Shown piece by piece: positions 60,710 through 64,000 of a stretch of 64,000 bases of DNA (its first letter is position 1; every line of letters starts with the position of its first letter). The DNA is taken from contig CAXXHA010000019.1 of NCBI GenBank assembly GCA_963662265.2, forward strand, positions 14,820 to 78,819, written 5' to 3'. The stretch is from Spirochaetia bacterium. GTDB taxonomy: Bacteria; Spirochaetota; Spirochaetia; CADAEX01. The position numbers were made by a program, and so were the translations under genes. Below the pieces are notes generated by a model. It was given only the letters and a program-made list of their open reading frames with translations, was not told the origin of the DNA and did not search any database.

Positions 60710-62797
60710 TCAGCTGTTCTTTTCAATTAGACTGAGGAAGTCTTCTTCATTTAAGATAATGCAGCCGGATTTTTCAGCCTTTACAAGCTTTGATCCTGCT
60801 GATTCCCCTGCAAGTAGATGAGTTGTCTTCCCTGTTACTGATGAGACAGTCCTGCCTCCCCTTTTCTCGATTTCCCTTGCTGCTTCTGAACGGGGTTTGA
60901 AATTATCAAAAGAACCAGTAATACACCAGACCTGTCCTTCCATTGAATTATTCAGCCTGTCATCAATAATTTCATAGCTGAAATTAAGGCCTGCTTTTTC
61001 AAGTTCTTCAGCTTTTACAAGAAAATCAGGATCTGTGAAGTATTTTATTACAGTTTCAGCTGTTTTAATACCAATGCCATTGATTGATGTAAATAAATCA
61101 TAGTCTCTGCTTGATGCAGCAGACTTTATCTTTTCAAAGCTGTTTAAACCTGATTTTATTATCAGTTCACATGCTTTTGGGCCCAGATCAGGTATTCCCA
61201 GTGCTGAAAGAACAGTGGTGAATGGTTTTTTTCTGCTTTCATCAACACCTTTTCTGATAAGGTTTATTTTCTTTTCTCCGAAACCGGGATATTTATCCAG
61301 AAGGCTGTAATCCAGGTTATAGATATCCGACCATGTATCAATAAGTTTTTCATTGATAAGAAAATCAAGCGTTTCAAATCCCAGATTTTCTATATCCATC
61401 TGCTCTCTTGAAACAAAAAATTTCAGCTGCCCTTTTTTTCTTTCAATACAGTCTGTATCGGGACAGAAACTGTGGGCACCTTCTGTTATCAGCTCAGATC
61501 CGCAGAAAGGACATTTTTTCGGCATCTGCCAGTTAGACTCATTTTTGTTTTTCTTTTCAACTACGCTTTCAACTGCGGGAATTACATCTCCCCGTTTTGA
61601 AACAACAACGCGGTCGCCGACAGAAAGTCCCAGGAAATCTATATAATCCTGGTTGTGAAGAGTAACATTTGAAACAGTTGAACCTGCAACAGCAACGGGT
61701 TCTATTCTTGCCACAGGAGTGACCCGGCCTGTTCTTCCTATTTGTATATCTATGCTGTTGACTACAGATTCCTTTTCATCAGATTCAAATTTATATGCAA
61801 TTGCCCATCTCGGATGATGTCCTGTATATCCTAATACTTCCCTCTCTTCAATATCATCTATTTTAAAAACAAGGCCGTCAATTTCATATGAGAGAGTTTT
61901 TCTTTCTGCTGTTTCCTTTTCAATAAAGCTTTTTATATCATTTAACTTCCCGGTTTCAAAGAAGCTATCCAGTTCCGATTTGTCTGAAGATGAGTCGGTA
62001 AAGGCTGCAGTCCGGCTGTTCATTCTGAAACCCAGATCATTAAGTTTTTCAATTATCTCTGAATGTTTTCTGAAATTTATCTCTGAGAAATAACCTTCAT
62101 ATATGAAAATATTAAGAGGTATATTTTTAACCTCGCTGCTTTTTTTTCTCCTTATAGTACCGGCAGTAAGATTTCTGGGGTTTGCATAAGGGATTTTCTG
62201 ATCTGTGTTTATTTTCTCAAATTCTTTCAGGGGGAGGTATATTTCTCCTCTTACAGTGAGATCAACTTCCTCTTTGAGCTTCAGGGGGACAGAACCTATA
62301 GTCTTTACATTTTCAGTAACATCATTGCCTGTATAACCGTTTCCCCTGGTTACTGCACGTGAAAGAAGACCTTTTTTATAGTAAAGAACGATGGATATAC
62401 CGTCTATTTTTTCTTCTGCTATGACAGTATGTGAAAACCCGCTGTTTTTATTGATTTTTTCTATCCATGAGAGCAGTTCTTCATTTGTATATGATTTATC
62501 GAGACTCAAAACAGGAATTGTATGTTTAACTTCAGGCAGGTCTGATGCAAGATCAGAACCTACCCGCTTTGTCGGAGAGTTTTCATCAGATACTTCGGGA
62601 TGTTTCTCTTCAAGCCCTAGAAGTCTGTCAAAAGCTGCATCATATTCAGCATCTGAAACTGACGGACGTGCAAGAACATAGTATTCATGCTGATATTTAT
62701 ATAGTTTTTCTCTCAGTGAATATATTTCATCAATTTCACCGGTTTTATCTGTATCTCTGCTGTCGTTAAACAGATCTAATTGTTTCTGATTATTCAC
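60710..62797 (-). CDS. ligA: NAD-dependent DNA ligase
   Basis: KIDG, TRGNG, RGE, ANPRN, DGLVFK, PRWAIAYK, GRTG, TLHN, zinc finger and BRCT domain. Confidence 0.98.
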   Translation of the reverse strand: MNNQKQLDLFNDSRDTDKTGEIDEIYSLREKLYKYQHEYYVLARPSVSDAEYDAAFDRLLGLEEKHPEVSDENSPTKRVGSDLASDLPEVKHTIPVLSLDKSYTNEELLSWIEKINKNSGFSHTVIAEEKIDGISIVLYYKKGLLSRAVTRGNGYTGNDVTENVKTIGSVPLKLKEEVDLTVRGEIYLPLKEFEKINTDQKIPYANPRNLTAGTIRRKKSSEVKNIPLNIFIYEGYFSEINFRKHSEIIEKLNDLGFRMNSRTAAFTDSSSDKSELDSFFETGKLNDIKSFIEKETAERKTLSYEIDGLVFKIDDIEEREVLGYTGHHPRWAIAYKFESDEKESVVNSIDIQIGRTGRVTPVARIEPVAVAGSTVSNVTLHNQDYIDFLGLSVGDRVVVSKRGDVIPAVESVVEKKNKNESNWQMPKKCPFCGSELITEGAHSFCPDTDCIERKKGQLKFFVSREQMDIENLGFETLDFLINEKLIDTWSDIYNLDYSLLDKYPGFGEKKINLIRKGVDESRKKPFTTVLSALGIPDLGPKACELIIKSGLNSFEKIKSAASSRDYDLFTSINGIGIKTAETVIKYFTDPDFLVKAEELEKAGLNFSYEIIDDRLNNSMEGQVWCITGSFDNFKPRSEAAREIEKRGGRTVSSVTGKTTHLLAGESAGSKLVKAEKSGCIILNEEDFLSLIEKNS

Positions 62798-63941
62798 CTT
62801 TTCTTATGAAGGCATCGCTGATGCCTTTTATCCTGACCTGGTATAAAGCAGCACCTTTTTCATCATTCTTCAAAGGTCCAGCCATAACTCTGTATATACC
62901 ATTTTCACCCTTTTTGTAAAGAAAAACCGGATAATCAAGATTAATCCTCTTTGCAAGCAAATCTGCGCTTTCAAAATCCTTATAAGCACCTATCTGAAGA
63001 TAAAATGAATCTCTTTCAAGGCTGTCTTTCGGTAAATCTGATGAGCTGTATTCTTTTATTTCAGCTTTTTCCTCTTCAATAGCAGCCGGTACTGCAACAG
63101 TGTCTGTTGATTCTGTTTCCCCGTTTACAGGAGGTTTCGGGCCTGAAGGGACAAGAACATATTTTTCTTCAAATTCTTCTGTTTCTGAATCCTTATCGTC
63201 TGTTTCAGGAACTATGACTGTATCGGGTTCATATTTTTTAAAGAGCTCGTCTTCAGAAATCTCTTCAGTAACTTCTTCTGTTACTTCCTCTACAGGTTCT
63301 TCGTCATCAGGTACTATTATTGCTGTAACTTCGACATCTTCCTCTTTATCATCCTCAATAACTTCTTCAGAATCCTCTTCTGTTTTTTCTTCAGGAATGT
63401 CAGAAATAATAATTGTTTCTATAATATAATCAGCAAGATCTTTTTCCCTTCTACCGGCAAGCTCTTCTTCAGGAACTTCTTCCGGTTCTTTTTCTTCAGG
63501 TATTTTTTCTTCTTCAAGATATTTTTCTTCAGGTGATTCTTCAAGAACCATGGCTGCTGAAGGGTTAAGATCGGGATCTTCTGAAAGATCTTTCTCTTTC
63601 GATTCATCTGTAGTGAATTTCTTAACTATTCTGGCTTTCACTGAAACAATTTCATCCTCTTTAATTGATAGCTTTTCAGCAGCATCTTTTGAAATAAGGA
63701 GAAAAAGATTATTGTCATCAAGCTTATTAACTATTATTATTTCCGCCTTTTTCCCGGTTGAGGGATTTGTAACTTCAACTACAGAGTTCAGCGGGAAAGA
63801 ATTTGATGCACCGTAAAATCCATTTACAGGGAATTCACCGTATCTGCTCATCGATGCAGCACCTTCCCAGTATGATTCTGCACCTGCAAAAAGAGCTGAT
63901 AAAGTGAGAAATACTGATAACAATAATATTTTAATTTTCAT
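62790..63941 (-). CDS. RlpA-like DPBB domain, acidic linker and SPOR domain protein
   Basis: Signal peptide; WEGAAS...GASNSFPLNSVVEVTNP...LISKDAAEKL; long Glu-rich linker; SPOR FYLQIGAY...YRVMAGP. Confidence 0.85.
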   Translation of the reverse strand: MKIKILLLSVFLTLSALFAGAESYWEGAASMSRYGEFPVNGFYGASNSFPLNSVVEVTNPSTGKKAEIIIVNKLDDNNLFLLISKDAAEKLSIKEDEIVSVKARIVKKFTTDESKEKDLSEDPDLNPSAAMVLEESPEEKYLEEEKIPEEKEPEEVPEEELAGRREKDLADYIIETIIISDIPEEKTEEDSEEVIEDDKEEDVEVTAIIVPDDEEPVEEVTEEVTEEISEDELFKKYEPDTVIVPETDDKDSETEEFEEKYVLVPSGPKPPVNGETESTDTVAVPAAIEEEKAEIKEYSSSDLPKDSLERDSFYLQIGAYKDFESADLLAKRINLDYPVFLYKKGENGIYRVMAGPLKNDEKGAALYQVRIKGISDAFIRKGE

Positions 63942-64000
63942 TGAAAACTCCTGTCAACTTTTAAACTTTGTACATTGAATCCAGATGATTCGATGTGCAA

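Noticed and set aside
63150-63560. Repetitive Glu-rich DNA (GAA-rich) in the RlpA-like gene
   Set aside because: Low-complexity linker coding, not a discrete tandem repeat or mobile element.

Overview
A 64-kb, AT-rich, gene-dense chromosomal segment from a spirochaete of the order Spirochaetales. The assignment rests on cfpA, a TP0733-type outer-membrane barrel, a pallilysin-related adhesin and Treponema-like gene order. Most genes are housekeeping or envelope genes: gap-pgk-tpiA-secG-nusB, phoH-HD-ybeY-corC, lptD, uvrA, ispG, mutS2, rsgA, murI, rluD, yggS, ligA, miaB, map, htrA and a split purH. I saw no tRNA, rRNA, CRISPR array or IS element. The standout is the minus-strand cluster at 2043-7844. 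cfpA (cytoplasmic filament) is followed by an unannotated protein whose C-terminal domain reads like HPr with the phospho-acceptor His, and then by a PPDK homologue. That homologue has lost its ATP/Pi-site residues but keeps the phospho-His and the PEP site. Together they look like a PTS-like PEP phosphorelay attached to the spirochaete cytoskeleton (inference, not shown experimentally). Five genes carry frameshifts. Most are probably assembly indels, but the A12-C-TGA site in the LCP gene could be programmed. All family calls are by-eye motif recognition; no searches were run.
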